This document shows, in pieces, positions 27,032 through 38,356 of a stretch of DNA of 64,000 nucleotides. Made by a program: the position numbers and the translations under genes. Below the pieces are notes generated by a model that was not told the DNA's origin, ran no database searches, and saw only the letters and a list, made by a program, of their open reading frames with translations. How positions within the stretch are numbered: the stretch's first letter is position 1; each line of letters starts with the position of its first letter. Source of the DNA: Podarcis erhardii (lineage: Eukaryota); NCBI GenBank assembly GCA_964252035.1, contig OZ176201.1; one strand, given 5' to 3'.

Positions 27032-27743
27032 CTGTGTAGGTGTGAATTGATGATTGGTAGCACTGTTTGATCTGACTGCATCTGCTAGAGGCCTAACCTC
27101 ATGTATAGCTTTAATACAGCCCATCAGCGCCCAGCAGGTTCTAATTTAGAACCTCATTTTCATATAAGCTGCACTGTAAAATAATAGCCAGTTTCTCATA
27201 TTGAAAACTATAAAAAACTAAATCTGTGATCTCCCAATGTTTATGCTTTACAGCAATCTGTAGAAGGGAGCGACCTCTGTGGCATCAAGTTTTTCTGTGC
27301 AGAAAGCAAAATAGGGCAAAACTGTCAGTGCTACCCAGAAGGGAGAGTTTGCATGCTGGGGATGCTGGATTCCAGGCTGCAATGGTGAAATGGAAGATCC
27401 TGGTTACCGAAGGCATTTGTTAAGAGTTTCTCCAAATGAAATAAACAAGGCCTTACCTTTGGCATCTGCTTTCATTGTGCCTTTGCATGCTATGGGTGCC
27501 ATATCTCATCCGTAATGGGGTTGTGGTATGATCTCTGAAAGGAAGGATTTTCTGTGCCCGAGTAACCGGTCTGAATGCTTCTACCGAACACTGCTACAGT
27601 TCAGTCATTTGGTTTTTGTTGCCTGTTTGTAGCTTTCATAGCCCCAGCCCTGTCCTACAGCCTCTAGGGCAGTGGAGGGTATGGCTATACTGAAGCCACA
27701 CCATGTCAAAGTAGATAAGCCAGTCTGGGAACAGCCAGCTGGA

Positions 27744-27836
27744 AAGATTAGGTTGATGGTTCATTATTTCCCCTTAAATAAAATATTTAGAAAAATGCAT
27801 GAAAGATGGGTTTCTGTTTTGGAGAATCATCCTGAC
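27744..27836 (+). repeat. 93-nt direct repeat of 9221-9313 (recipient copy)
   Basis: Identical to 9221-9313; GCTGG sits one base upstream of both copies. Confidence 0.9.
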
Positions 27837-28073
27837 CAGGGGTAGGCAACCTAAGGCCCGTGGGTCTTCTCAATCTGGCCCACGGACAGTCCGGGAATCA
27901 GTGTGTTTTTACATGAGTAGAATGTGTCCTTTTATTTAAAATGCATCTCTGGGTCATTTCTGGGGCATAGGAATTTGTTCATCCTCCACCCCCCCCCAAA
28001 AAATAGTCCAGCCCCCCACATGGTCTGAGGGATGGTGGACCAGCCCACGGCTGAAAAAGGTTGCTGACCCCTG
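27837..28073. mobile_element. hAT-superfamily MITE, copy 2 (237 bp, same family and orientation as 9314-9637), TSD missing
   Basis: Same TIRs and internal sequence. Left 8 nt are ATCCTGAC but right 8 nt are CCCTAAAC. Confidence 0.85.
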
Positions 28074-28789
28074 CCCTAAACCATGTATGAGATGGCCCTC
28101 CTTGCTCCCAACCAGGGGTGGGTTGGGCTGACTGTGGGTGCTGGCGCATGCTGATGACTTCATGCACAGGCATCGTGTGCTTACCAGCTAGCCCAGTAAC
28201 TGGCTGGGGGTGAGGGGTGTGCCCATTTAAATCCCACACAGAGAATGCACAATAGGGGGAAGAGTGTGATAGAGGAGAGGAAAAGAGAGGAGGAGAGAGT
28301 GGGGTGTAGCAATATTGTGTATTCAGACTATTTCTCGAATATAGGCCATCCAGGGAGATAACCAGAAGGGCAATAAATACAATCTTAACCACTTGGGTGT
28401 TTTGGTATTGCTTTTTTGTTTTCCAGATAGGAGTGCAGGTTAAGTACAGATTAAGGTGGTTTTGATGTGCCCCTCCCCAGGGAGCATATGTTAAAGAGCT
28501 AAAACATCCTATACTTTAAATGTGACTTTGTAGGCTTGCTAAATTACTTGACTGACCCTTGGGCTGTGTTCAAATGTAGTGGTTTGGAGAAAATGGCATC
28601 ACAGGTGTAATGGGGAGGACTAGTGAACCATATGTGGTCATCCTCCATCACACCTGGGTTTCCTATCCATGATTACAGTATTATGAGAATTAAGTTTCAG
28701 TGAGCTTTGTGCTTATGTGTTCTTCCATTCTCTGGTGCGACCGAGAGGAGGAGATGGGAATTTTCTTACGTTTACTTGACAGTTTAGTT

Positions 28790-29020
28790 ATTGCATACCA
28801 AACTGTGGTTTATTTTATCTATGGTTAGTTGAAATAAGTCAGCCTCATAAACTGTGGTTTGAAGTTGGCTTGTTTCAGCAAACTATAGTTATATTTAACC
28901 ACAGTTTGTCTGGATGCTGGTGACACAAGCAGCAATTGGTTGTAAAAAAATTGAAGCAAAAGCTTCCAGGCTCCAGGAGTTCAGGGTTTGCTGAGGCTTG
29001 TTATGATTTAGCATTACATT
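28790..29020. mobile_element. Degraded non-autonomous DNA transposon with aaactgtggtt/aaccatagtt repeats; relative at ~49510-49670
   Basis: Repeated AAAC(T/C)(G/A)TGGTTT motifs and a shared gaagttggcttgtttc / gaagttagcttgcttt segment. Confidence 0.45.
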
Positions 29021-29393
29021 GGAATTTAATGTTGAAGTTCAGATTACTGAGTAACCTATAATTCTAGTCATACAGTTACAGTGCGATAGGTTGGGAAGAT
29101 TAATGGGCAGGAGAAAATAATAATCAAACAATTAGAAGGGGTAGCCTGAAGCTATTCTGCATAAAATGGCTTCAAAGGCAGCTCTTCACACAAGATGAAT
29201 TCTTTAAACTTTAAAAAGGAAGGAGCAGCCAAGAGACGGAAGAATCCCAAAAGGTGCCAAGATACCAGAAGTGAAACCTGCTATTTCAATATTGAGGCCT
29301 GCTGGTGAAATGTCTGTCAGGAAAGGGGGGGGGAGAGAGCCTGCGGGGGCCTGCCTAGACTTATCTGCTAGGAAGATGCTCTTATCCAGCAGC

Positions 29394-30472
29394 ATGCTCT
29401 AGTCTAGGGTATAAAAGTTGGACAGCAGGTTGGAGCAGTCAGGACTCTGATCCGGGCAACAGAGTCTGTAATATGCACAAAGGAAAGTCCCATCAAGGCC
29501 CTTTCTGACATGGAGGAGATGCCAAGTCTGCTGCTGGGAAATTATTCCCACCTGCCGTTCCTTCAGAGAGCAGATCGGGGCTCCTGGGGGATGGGGGGAA
29601 GAGAGGAGGCGAGGATTCTCTTTAGCTAGATTTTCTGCCTTACCAAGGTTTTCTTACCTTGGTTTTCTTCGAAGGAGAGATTTCTTACTCAGTCTTTCAT
29701 GTTTGTTCGATCTTGACAGTTGGATAAGTTTTGGCACAGGCAGGGTTCCAGTTCAATTTGGTGTTCAGGTTCACGTCTGACCTGTTAAATCTGAAGCTCT
29801 CTTTCACCCACATTGGCTAAAATGCAGGATCTAAAAAGAAGTCATAATCTTTCCTTTCCTTTTCACATAAGTTGGTGAAATTTGCAGGAAAATGGAGCCT
29901 TTCTAGGGTGGGTTAAGCCTGCCAAATTTCAGGGAGATCCAGCCAGTGTTTTCTGTGTTTGCTTGCTGGGAACCTTTAAAGAGTTTTTTCTTAAAAATGG
30001 AAAAGTCTCTAACTTCTATATTTTCTGCCAGAACTGGATTCAATTTGTTGTCATAGCTGCCCCTTCTGAGGGAATGATGTATGCCAAATTTCAGAAAAAT
30101 AGGCACAGTGGTTCTCCTACAAGGGCTGACTGTTTTGAGGTGGGGATACAGAAATCGCATTCCCTTCCCTAATTTTGTTGCTGGACAATCAGGGGGACAT
30201 ATGAGAGAGGTTTCCCTTGGTCAAAACAAAACAAAACAAAACAAAACAAAACAAAACAAAAAACTTGCCAGAGTTCAGACAAATAAAGGTTATTGTGCAG
30301 CTAGGTTATTTTACCTCCTTTTTTTTTAGAAACTGAAAAAATCACCTAACAATTCGAGGTACACTCAGAGCCAGTACATATGCCTGGTATATACCACTGT
30401 TTGACACAAATACCCAATAAAAAAGTAAATGTGGTTTTAAAAAACCAAAAGTTGTCTCTTAAACTAGAACAT
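29394..30472. mobile_element. Possible old ~1.08-kb non-autonomous DNA transposon
   Basis: Degenerate inverted ends ATGCTCTAGTCTAGG / CTTAAACTAGAACAT (12/15); internal repeated gccaaatttcag. No TSD seen. Confidence 0.35.
30222..30261. repeat. (CAAAA)8 microsatellite
   Basis: Direct count. Confidence 0.95.
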
Positions 30473-31199
30473 TGCAGGCCAATTACGATGAGACATTTTT
30501 TTTTAAAATGTAATGTATGCAGAACATAAAAAGCAGAATAACCTGCAGTTAAGCAGGAACTGAGGCTGATTTATAGCCAGGTTGAATTTTAATTTTAGAT
30601 GAATTATTTTAAAAAGCAAATTATGGTTGTATTAATATTTATAAAATCATTTTAGAGCTATTGATGACAGTGGTTGTTTATAATCGGGTTTTTGCTTTGT
30701 TTCCTTCTTGCCTTGCTGTCTTTGGGGTTTAAAGGTCTTCACAAAGACCAATCATGGAAAAAAGAAATATTAGTCACCATGTACTAGATGCAACCAATTA
30801 GCAATCCGATTGGAACTGCACTTGCCTGCAAATAATTCCCCATGCCTGTTGCTAAGTGAATTGCTTAAGCAAAACTCTTCCTGTGTCTTTCCAAGCACAG
30901 TGGCCTACTAATGCCAGTAGTGTCTTTTTGTAACATTTTCTAAAAACCCAAACAAGATGCTCTGTTTCTTTAGCCTTAACTTCTCTCCCCCCTAAACTAT
31001 GTTAATCTTGGCTAGGCTTCTAAACTATGCACACGTACTAGCCTGTTTTCCAAGCTGCGGAATGTAGGGTCTGGCCTCATCTCTAAAAGGAGGCTTGTGG
31101 AGGAAAATCAGATTCTAAGTGATATTATGCCTCACATTTTCAGGGACCAATTCATTATCTGTTAGGCAATAACTAGTGCTATACATACAGAGTGGGGAA

Positions 31200-31400
31200 C
31201 GTAAGCAGAACTGTGGTTAACTGGACCAAAGGTCATCCAGTCCATCGTTGTGCTTCAAACAGCTGCCATCCAGATGTGTCTGAGTGCTTGCTAACATAGA
31301 TCAAGGCAACAGCACCCTTCTGTTGCTTGTCCTCAGCAGCTAGAATCCCAGTCATAACAGTCGCCATGGTTGATAACCATTAAAAGACTTACCCTTCATG
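31200..31400 (-). mobile_element. Degraded CR1 3' fragment
   Basis: ggaccaaaggtcatccagtcca..gccatggttgataacc resembles 19603-19880; boundaries approximate. Confidence 0.5.
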
Positions 31401-33278
31401 AATAGCCATGTGACTGTGTGTGTATATATATCTATATTTGTGTAGGCTCTGTGGGTATTAAAAGGCGCACCTGGCAGCAGTTGCAGGTTGGTCTTTGTCT
31501 GTGACCTACAAGTGCTACATGTTTCTTGGACATGTTTTGACACGGCCACTTTCCTGATGGTCCCGTTAGCACTTAGCGGCCACCTTTTTGGCCCGCTGCT
31601 GCCAAACCATTATTCGTGAGGTTTAGTTTCTAAAAGGTAGCTTTTCAGTGCCTTTGACAGAACCCCTGGGGTCCCCATGACTTCTGGCATGTTGGTTACT
31701 GACAGGTTAGTTTGTTCTGTTTCTTTTTTAGAATATTTGTTTATTGAGGTTTTCAATTAAGTACTGACAAAATGGATAATGTAAGAAAGCAATAGCACCA
31801 ACGTGCACGTAAATGGAAACATAAATTAACATGAACATTTCTGTTCGATCACTTATTTGCCATAGCATAGTGGTGGGGCATCCTGGAAAGCTGCTGTTAA
31901 GTGTAGGCAATACTGAACTGTATGGACCAGTGGCCTGACTGCATAAAGCAGCCTCCTGCATTTGTTGAATATTTCTGTCTCTGTGTGCTCACTTAGTTTC
32001 TTTGTTTTGATTTATTAGTTGCTTTTTTTTTTAATGATGTTTGGTAAATTAGTTATTTTTAAGTCTATTTAATACATTTTATAGTTTTGGTGTGGGTTTT
32101 GTTTTTTAATAATGTATACGCTACTTCTGTAAGCCGCTTTGAATCCCCGCACCCACCCTGGGCAGGATAGAAGTTTAAAAAATATTTGAAATCAATCATA
32201 AATAAAATTTAAGGGTTCAGAAGTTATAAAGCATTTTAAAATGTGGTTCCCACGTGTCAGAATTCTTTTTTTTTTGCCAAGAAACATGACAGTATGCAAG
32301 ATGATACACTACATTTAAACATTGTTTATGGGCAGGCAAACTCAGTGGGTATCTTTTGCGTTTAGTAGGCTTTTGAGATCGGGATCAAGAGCAGTTTGCC
32401 TCTCAATGAGGCTAATGTTCTTTCTGTGGAGTTTTCTGATCACTGGGCATTGTGTTTAACTTTTATTATCTGGGCAGCCAGGTGCATGAACGTTATCAAA
32501 TCACTTTTCTGCTCAAGACTGAATGTTTTATAAGTGATGTTCAAATGATTAAAGGGAATCAGAAAAATCAGAACCATCCAAATGTCTAATTTGGACAAAG
32601 CTGGCACTGTTAGTTGGCACCAGCTGAAGAACTGGCCTAGTATGTATTCATCAGTCCTCCCAAGCCTCCAAGTGTTTGCAAGGTAAATAGCTTTCAAAAA
32701 CTGGCTGCTTGCACGGTGTATCAAGCGGCCTTGCCCCCCCCCCCCCATTTTGGAAGACATGGGTTCCTTGTATATTTCACAGGACTGCCGGCAACGGCAA
32801 CTTAAAGGAATGTAGCAAGTTCTGTAGAAGATTCCCCAAAACTAATTCCAACAAACCTCTAAAAGCTCTTGGGACATAGGGTCAGTGCCTGAGAATGCTA
32901 GTCTGTATCGGATGTAGCACAGTGGAACAATTAGAAGGGTGTTCTTTTGTTGGTTTTAGATATTGTAGTGAGTTGTAGAGGAGAAAATAGTCTATTAGAT
33001 CTCATAGAACAGGAGTTGCCAATATGATGCCCTCCAGAAGTTGCGGACTACAACTGCCATCAGCCACAGCTTACATGTCCAGTGGAATGGGATGATGGGT
33101 GGCTGTAGGCCAGTGTTTCCTGACCTTTGGTCTCCAGCTGTTTTGGGGCTACAATTCACATAATCCCTGACCATAGTTAAATGCTAAGCACATGTTTTAG
33201 CATTATGTGTGAATCAGGCTACTGTTAGCATCTCCTGCTGGATAAAATTAAGATTTTTCACTTCCAAACCTTTTAAAA

Positions 33279-33758
33279 GTTCAAGAAGGACACTGACAAA
33301 CTGGAACGTGTCCAGAGGAGGGCAATCAAAATGGTCAAAGGCCTGGAAACGATGCCTTATGAGGAACGGCTAAGGGAGCTGGGCATGTTTAGCCTGGAGA
33401 AGAGGAGGTTAAGGGGTGATATGATAGCCATGTTCAAATATATAAAAGGATGTCACATAGAGGAGGGAGAAAGGTTGTTTTCTGCTGCTCCAGAGAAGCG
33501 GACACGGAGCAATGGTTCCAAACTACAAGAAAAAAGATTCCACCTAAACATTAGGAAGAACTTCCTGACAGTAAGAGCTGTTCGACAGTGGAATTTGCTG
33601 CCAAGGAGTGTGGTGGAGTCTCCTTCTCTGGAGGTTTTTAAGCAGAGGCTTGACAACCATATGTCAGGAGTGCTCTGATGGTGTTTCCTGCTTGGCAGGG
33701 GGTTGGACTTGATAGCCCTTGTGGTCTCTTCCAACTCTATGATTCTATGATTCTATGA
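33279..33758 (+). mobile_element. CR1 LINE, 5'-truncated and young; open ORF2 C-terminus and (ATTCTATG)n tail
   Basis: ORF 33331..33678 reads [61 protein letters not shown]; tail ctatgattctatgattctatga. Confidence 0.93.
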
Positions 33759-36448
33759 AAACATGGCCAACTGGGTTAAAACACCATAGAGTTTTGTTAT
33801 TATATATCCAATTCTGATTTCCAGCATACCTTCTGAAAAGGGGAGAATACTGATGTAGGGAAGAGAGGTTTACAGTAACTATGTCACTTTTGGAGGGGGG
33901 AAAACCTGTTCTAGCTATTAGACAAGGGAACTGGGGAAGCTTTGAGTTCTTCTTGCTAAGTACCTCATGAATCGAGGACAGGGTTACACTTTGGTTACAA
34001 ACCCCCCAGTGTGGTGCTATGTGTTGAGCTTGTCAATATTTTCTATATGCTGAAAAAAGAGAGGTGGAGGTGGAACAGCTCTCATGTCTTGCATTGTGCT
34101 TTCGGTAAGAGGAATTGTCATGGTGGTAGGAATTAGACTCCTATCACACCTCTAAATACAGATTATCCAGTTCCCACCAAAGGCTTGTTGCCTGTTGTGA
34201 CACGGTTACCCCACAAGAAGTTTGTCAAGGCCACACCTTTGCTACATGTAGGGAGCTTGTTGGAAATGATCTAGCTGTGTGTTAAAAACCTGGAAAAAGA
34301 GAAACCAGCTGTCTGATTTTAAGCATGGTTTGGCACACAAGATGTCTTTGCAAAGCCTGTTATGAATTCCCCCCGCCCTGTGTGATGAAGCCGTAACTAT
34401 TAGATGCTGCTTGATTAGATGCAACCAAGTTTCTCTGATGTTGCTGCTGCTATGATAATAATGATGGTGATGATGATTTCAATTTCTTGCCCACCATTCC
34501 AACAGGAGGTTCCAGAACGGGTTACCACAATTTAAAAATACAATATTGAAAACTGTTAAAGCAAATGACAAACAAAAGTTGCCAGTTAAACGACAGCTGT
34601 TAGTCAGAAAAGTAAGACTAAGTTCTGGCACTGTAGAATGTCCTAAGACTATTTGCTATGTATGCCTGTGTTTCTTTCAAACACATTTTCATTCTTTAGC
34701 ATTTGTACAGAAGTGTGCAGAGTTTGCTTGTGCTTACAGAGATGTCAGGATCTTCTGCAGCCCTCACTTTGATTAGATTTCTCTCTCCCACCATATCATG
34801 TAGAAAGTTGATCATATGCTATCACATGATTTGTTTGTTTCGGTCCCTGTTTGGTCTATAGTTTGCAGGACAATAATACAGCTGGGATGGCAGAGATATT
34901 AAGCAACCATACAATTGCTCTTGTCTTCACCAAACTATTCTGTTTTGTGGGTGGGAATATAGCCTGATCTTCAGGGAAATAAATCATGATGGTTTTGTCC
35001 ACCTATAAGTGCTTCCAATGGAGATAACTTTGTGGTTACTGAAGGCAGCTTAAAGAGGATCCAGTTGGGTTCTGATGCTCTGGTTCAATCACATCTTGTC
35101 CAGAATCTGAATGCCCAGGTGTAGTGATGCTCTTTGTTAAAGGCTTAAGCTTCATCTTCAGAGTGTCCTCCAGGAAACAGAGTCCTCTTTGTTGATAAAG
35201 GAACTTTAAGCTTCATGTCTTTTATCAGCCTTGCTAAAGACTAGCTGTGCTCTCCAACTAGGTAGGCAGATGAGAAAGATGTTTTGCGGAGGAGGCTGGG
35301 GTCCCAGGAAGAAAAGAAACAAGAGACTATAAATACACTATGTCCTGGGAGAGGTGCGTCTGAAAAGAGAAATCCTCAGAGCTCAAATAACTAGATTTGC
35401 AGGAGGAAAAATTAATCAGTATGAATACAGGGCTGTATCTAAGGTGAGCTTATAGAAACAGAGGAACTGCCAGAGCCTAATATCGGGTCTCTAAGGGTGG
35501 CCAGTCTCTAGCATTTCATGTGCAGATACTTTGGAGGAGTTAAGCCGTATTTTGTTTCCTTTAGGCACTTCAAATGTGTGCTTTTGGCACATAGCCAGAA
35601 AAATGCGGAGACATTGGAAATGTTCTATTTAAATACTGTGCTGGTGGTATTTTTAAAAACCACATGTATACACTGTCCCTTATAGGGTTCCCTTGTGTGC
35701 CTCAGTTGCCTTTTTGGGGTAAGCTGTTCTCTTCTCATGCCAGCTGCATGAAAAAGAAGGTGCAGGTCAGACCAGCCCTATGTGGTAGCCCATCACAATT
35801 ATGTTGTGTCCAGTACTTACTGGCAAGGAGGCTCAGAATGTCTCCATCCAAGCTAAAACTATGATACACATGGTGAGGGGCTTGGGTGCAACCTGGGCAC
35901 GGTGCAAAATGAAAGAGGATACGGCGGAGTCCCATGGGGGTTGCCTTTCGTTTTCCCTTAGGAGGGGCACTGCCAGAACTGGAAACAACAACTTTCCAAG
36001 AGAAGTTGCTCAGGGAGTGGTGCTTCCAAGCAGAAAGCAGCCCATGAAGTTCCTCGTGTACCACTTTTCATCTGGCTCTGGGAGGTGCAGAGATGGGTGC
36101 GACCTGTAGGCTGCCCATTTGGCCATGCCTGTATTGGAACAGAAATAAATATGGGGACTGGGGTGGGTGGGTGTGGTATTCAGCAAGCAAGAAAGCGGAA
36201 GAATAGCCATTAGGGGTGGGTTGGGATATAGGGATATATGTATTTCCAGCAACCACATCAGGGGAAAGTAGCCAAAGAGAAGAGTAGCTTACTGTTTCTG
36301 AATTTAGGGATGGGGAAGTGGGGGATGAAGATGCTGCATTTGAATTAAATAGATTTTTCTTACTAAGTTTTTATTAGGAATGTCAAATTCATACATCACT
36401 GGGGACTGTGTGGCAGCAACAGGAGTTGGTGAAGGGGCTACTCAAGAC

Positions 36449-36688
36449 TAGAGATGGGAAGGCCGGGGGGGGGGGGACAAAAAAATTGGGGAAAAACCAG
36501 GTTTTCCCCTGCCCCCATTTCCCCCCAAAGTCGCTTTTTTCCAGAAAAATTGAAAAAAACAGTTTGATGTAGTTTGAATATTCCACCACCCCCATTTCCC
36601 CCCAGAAAAAACGGCTTTGGAAAAAAAGCAGGAAAAACCTCCCCCCCCCCCAATTTTTCCAGTTTTTTCCCAGGCCTTCCCATCTCTA
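36449..36688. mobile_element. hAT (Ac-like) MITE, 240 bp
   Basis: Perfect 16-bp TIRs TAGAGATGGGAAGGCC / GGCCTTCCCATCTCTA; perfect 8-bp TSD CTCAAGAC (36441-36448, 36689-36696). Confidence 0.9.
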
Positions 36689-38169
36689 CTCAAGACATTC
36701 TTGAGTCTCTGCTCAAACCTGCTACATTGTTGCATTTATTTATTTTTTATAAGAAAAATGCTTTTGAAATAGAGGCAGACATGGTATGCTTTGCAAGGTT
36801 TCCTGGCAAGTGAATAATGACTTCTGAACTGTTCACATAACTTGCTATCTCTGTCCCAAGATGTCTTGGTTACCATTAGGTTTTCCACCACTTTTAAAGA
36901 GTAGTAGAAAAGCTCCTTGCCTATATTCATTTCCTGTCCCTTCGATTTTGTAGTGATGCAGCTCAGCTGACAAACCCACAAACTTACAACTAAACAAGAT
37001 GATTTAAAACCAGTCCTGTGATAACAATTGCTGAAGTCTCCCACTACCAAAAACAAAAAACAAAAAACCCTCTCTGCCTGGATGAGATAATGCTGATATT
37101 GTGTGTTTTTTTAATCAGAGCATAAAATTAGTATGAACTGGCATCTTAGAGCCATACATATGATTTACATACTTCTTATATAAGATTTTTATGCTGATTT
37201 TTCATGGCTATCTGGGCAAAGGTCACAAGCAACACAAAGAATATCTTCTAGTCTGAAATGCGTCACTTGTAAATGTTTAAGCAGGATAGAATTTAGATTC
37301 CATTTTTAATTGAGTTAATATCAACCCCCCCCCCAAGTGTAGGATGTGCGTGCAAAATCCAAAAGCGTTCAGGGGTGGGGTGGGCTTACCTCTAAACACC
37401 AGAGGTTCAAGCTTTTCCTTTTTCCTTTTTTGAACAAGTAAGTCGGCTTTGTCACTGTTTCAAGAAAAGGATTGACTTCTCTAGTGGCACTCCCTTTGAA
37501 ATTTGGGACAAATGTCTCATGGGAATGATCCCATGTCACAATGTAGTGTTGTATTCCCATGAATGTTCTTGCTGCAGCGGGGGGGGGGGGGGAGATGGCT
37601 GCTCCCATTGGCCAAGTCACTCTAGAAAAACTACAGTAGTACTTCAGAAATAAAACTATATTTCCCAGCATACCTGGCATAGCCGTGTCTGGCCCTAACA
37701 GTGTTGGATTTGGAAGAGGGAGTAAAGGATTGGGCAAGAAAAGAGGGACAGGAGCTTGTGTTTGATCTGTTACTGCTTTGGTTATGTTACTCTATAGCAG
37801 GGGCAAGCAACATGGTGCCCTCCAAAATCATAGAAACATTGAATTGTAGAGTTGGAAGGGCCCTGAGGGCAATCTGCTCCAATACCTGCAGTGCTGTTGG
37901 ACTTCAGTTCCCATGAGCATGGTCAGTAGCAAGGGAGGATGGGAACTGTAGTTCAATATCTGAATGATGCAACATCTGATATCCCTGTTTTATAGATTGT
38001 GCTTAGTGACCCTATAAGAATAATAAATCTCCATGGGGCTGTTGTTTCTGTTTGTTAGTATGCTATATATTTTTGTGTTTTTTTGTTGTGAAGTGTAAAC
38101 CATCTTGTGATCTTTGGGTGAAGGGCAGCATACAAATTTAATCAATAAAATATAAAAATACTTAAAATA

Positions 38170-38356
38170 CAGTGGAACCTCGGGTTGCGTACCTGATCCG
38201 TGTGGGAGGCATGTTCGCAACTCGCAGCGTTTTACTGCTTCTGTGTATACGCGAGCGCCGAAACCCGGAAGTAACCCATTCTGGTACTTCTGGGTTCGGC
38301 GTGTCCATAACCTGAAAACCCACAACCCGCAGCAATCGCAACCCGAGGTATGACTG
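38170..38356. mobile_element. Tc1/mariner (Tigger/pogo-like) MITE, 187 bp
   Basis: TA TSD on both sides; TIRs CAGTGGAACCTCGGGTTGCG / CGCAACCCGAGGTATGACTG (17/20); 16 CpGs. Confidence 0.85.

Noticed and set aside
33331-33678. 115-aa ORF as a host gene
   Set aside because: It is the C-terminus of a 5'-truncated CR1 ORF2.
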